Shown here: positions 62,944-64,000 of the stretch, in pieces
How positions within the stretch are numbered: the first letter of the stretch is position 1
Layout: every line of letters starts with the position of its first letter
Source of the DNA: Marsupella aquatica
Lineage: Eukaryota; Plantae; Marchantiophyta
Direction: 5' to 3'
Length of the DNA: 64,000 nucleotides
Assembly: GCA_973895155.1 (NCBI GenBank)
Contig: OZ316894.1
Location: 4,550,944-4,614,943 of the forward strand
The notes under the pieces: model-generated
Told to the model about the DNA's origin: nothing
Database searches by the model: none
The model's input: the letters and a program-made list of their open reading frames with translations, nothing else
Translations under genes and position numbers: made by a program

Positions 62944-64000
62944 CCCAAGACCGCAGACAAGACAGAGAAGGTCGAACCGACCGAGAAGCGCAGGACGACA
63001 ATGCATACAAGGAAGATAAACAACTAGGAGACGATCGATCGCCAATGCGAGTAACGAGGAGGACGGTCACGGAGCAGCCACCAACGAAGGACCAGGAGGG
63101 ACCAGCTGAAACCAAGAAGTACTCAACGGCAGCGATTGAAGACGAGGATCTTAATTATGCTTTATCAGCGATTAGAGAAAAAGAGGCACAACTAATACTG
63201 CAGGAGGGAGGATTGGAAGGGCTACGAGCTGAGATCAAAATGGTACAAAAGAATAGCATTTTCAACGTCATGGTGGGACAGATCGTCAGTCAGATGTCAA
63301 TTTATCAGGGGATACAAAGTGCTCTATTACAGTTGCAGTGGGACAAGCAGGAAGAAGACATGGCAAGGAAGTTAGCCCAGCAGGAAGAATCGACAAAATG
63401 GGCAGTAGAGGCCGAGGGGACGATTAAGAAGTTACTCACCCGAAATGCAGAGTTGTTACAAGAAAATGATCGATTAGCGACTAGTGAACGAGGATGGAGG
63501 CACGAAGAAACAGCCATCAAAGACTTAGCCGAATTCCTGGGCATCGAGAAGATACAAGCAGGGGGGTTAACAAGCAACGATAGGGAAGTAATCGCGGCCA
63601 TCCAAGCAGCGATTACCACGGTAAAGATGGAGAAACGAAAAGCCAACCTACAGACGGAGCAGGGTATAGAGAAGCTAAAGGAGATCGAGAAGTTGAGACT
63701 CCAACTCAAAGAAGAAGCAGCACAGCAACAGAGCATAGCCAGCAAGTGGGAAGTCGAACGCCAACGTGTAGAAGAACTGAAGCATAAAATCAAGGATCTG
63801 GATACACAACTCAGCCAAGCCACCTTACAAGGGGATCCGACGACGGCTTCAGGAGAATCCACGCTAGAGACCGCAAGGTATAAGGAAGCCGAAAGTAGGA
63901 TCGGTCAATTAGAAGTACAACTTGCAGACGCCTTGAAACAACGACCAGAGGGGAACGAAGCAAACGGGGAGCTGGAACAGCTCAGGTCAGAGCATGACCA
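62940..64000 (+). CDS. Long coiled-coil accessory ORF (over 350 aa, open to the window end; absent from the ORF track because it has no stop)
   Basis: MTQDRRQDREG...LNYALSAIREKEAQLILQE...IEKLKEIEKLRLQLKEEAAQQQ...RVEELKHKIKDLDTQL. Read codon by codon with no stop from ATG 62940 to 64000. Confidence 0.75.
   Translation, partial: MTQDRRQDREGRTDREAQDDNAYKEDKQLGDDRSPMRVTRRTVTEQPPTKDQEGPAETKKYSTAAIEDEDLNYALSAIREKEAQLILQEGGLEGLRAEIKMVQKNSIFNVMVGQIVSQMSIYQGIQSALLQLQWDKQEEDMARKLAQQEESTKWAVEAEGTIKKLLTRNAELLQENDRLATSERGWRHEETAIKDLAEFLGIEKIQAGGLTSNDREVIAAIQAAITTVKMEKRKANLQTEQGIEKLKEIEKLRLQLKEEAAQQQSIASKWEVERQRVEELKHKIKDLDTQLSQATLQGDPTTASGESTLETARYKEAESRIGQLEVQLADALKQRPEGNEANGELEQLRSEHD

Larger units (their letters stand above)
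52634..64000 (+). mobile_element. Large non-chromovirus Ty3/gypsy LTR retrotransposon (Phygy/OTA-like) with accessory ORFs; 3' end lies outside the window
   Basis: LTR end ...TTTAACA, TTTT spacer and PBS, then gag-PR-RT-RH-IN order. RT motifs FAWDYTELKG, RMNPNY, WLSPIVVVPKKNGKLRVCIDFRKLN, FLDDF. No chromodomain seen. Several premature stops and one frameshift. The left boundary is uncertain (52634 or 52673). Confidence 0.9.

Noticed and set aside
61917-63862. Minus-strand ORFs in the gypsy 3' region
   Set aside because: Ser/Leu/Phe-rich antisense shadows of Glu/Lys-rich plus-strand ORFs.

Overview
Eukaryotic, intron-rich land-plant genomic DNA. The retrotransposon lineage and gene style suggest a non-seed plant such as a bryophyte, but that is inference. 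Three host genes can be assembled from GT-AG exons: GPI transamidase subunit PIG-T/GPI16 (-, 4557-7522), 26S proteasome subunit RPN1 (+, 23371-32766, 24 exons) and the BTB-NPH3 protein NCH1 (-, 37832-43626). Transposons fill the rest. A 10.9-kb Mutator-like element (10-bp TSD) carries a decayed multi-exon non-transposase gene. Nested inside it is a very young Ty1/copia element (identical-looking 443-bp LTRs, TGATT TSD) whose gag and pol are separated by one in-frame UGA followed by a stem-loop. There are also several MITEs and a probable mini-Helitron. From about 52.6 kb to the window end lies a large, partly decayed non-chromovirus Ty3/gypsy element with unusually rich accessory coding content: an RPA70-C-like OB-fold ORF and further small ORFs in or after its ~2-kb LTR, extra domains fused after integrase, and a coiled-coil ORF coupled by an ATGA overlap. 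An intact, in-frame, phase-0 BED zinc-finger exon sits inside an RPN1 intron. All protein assignments come from motif recognition by eye; no database searches were run.
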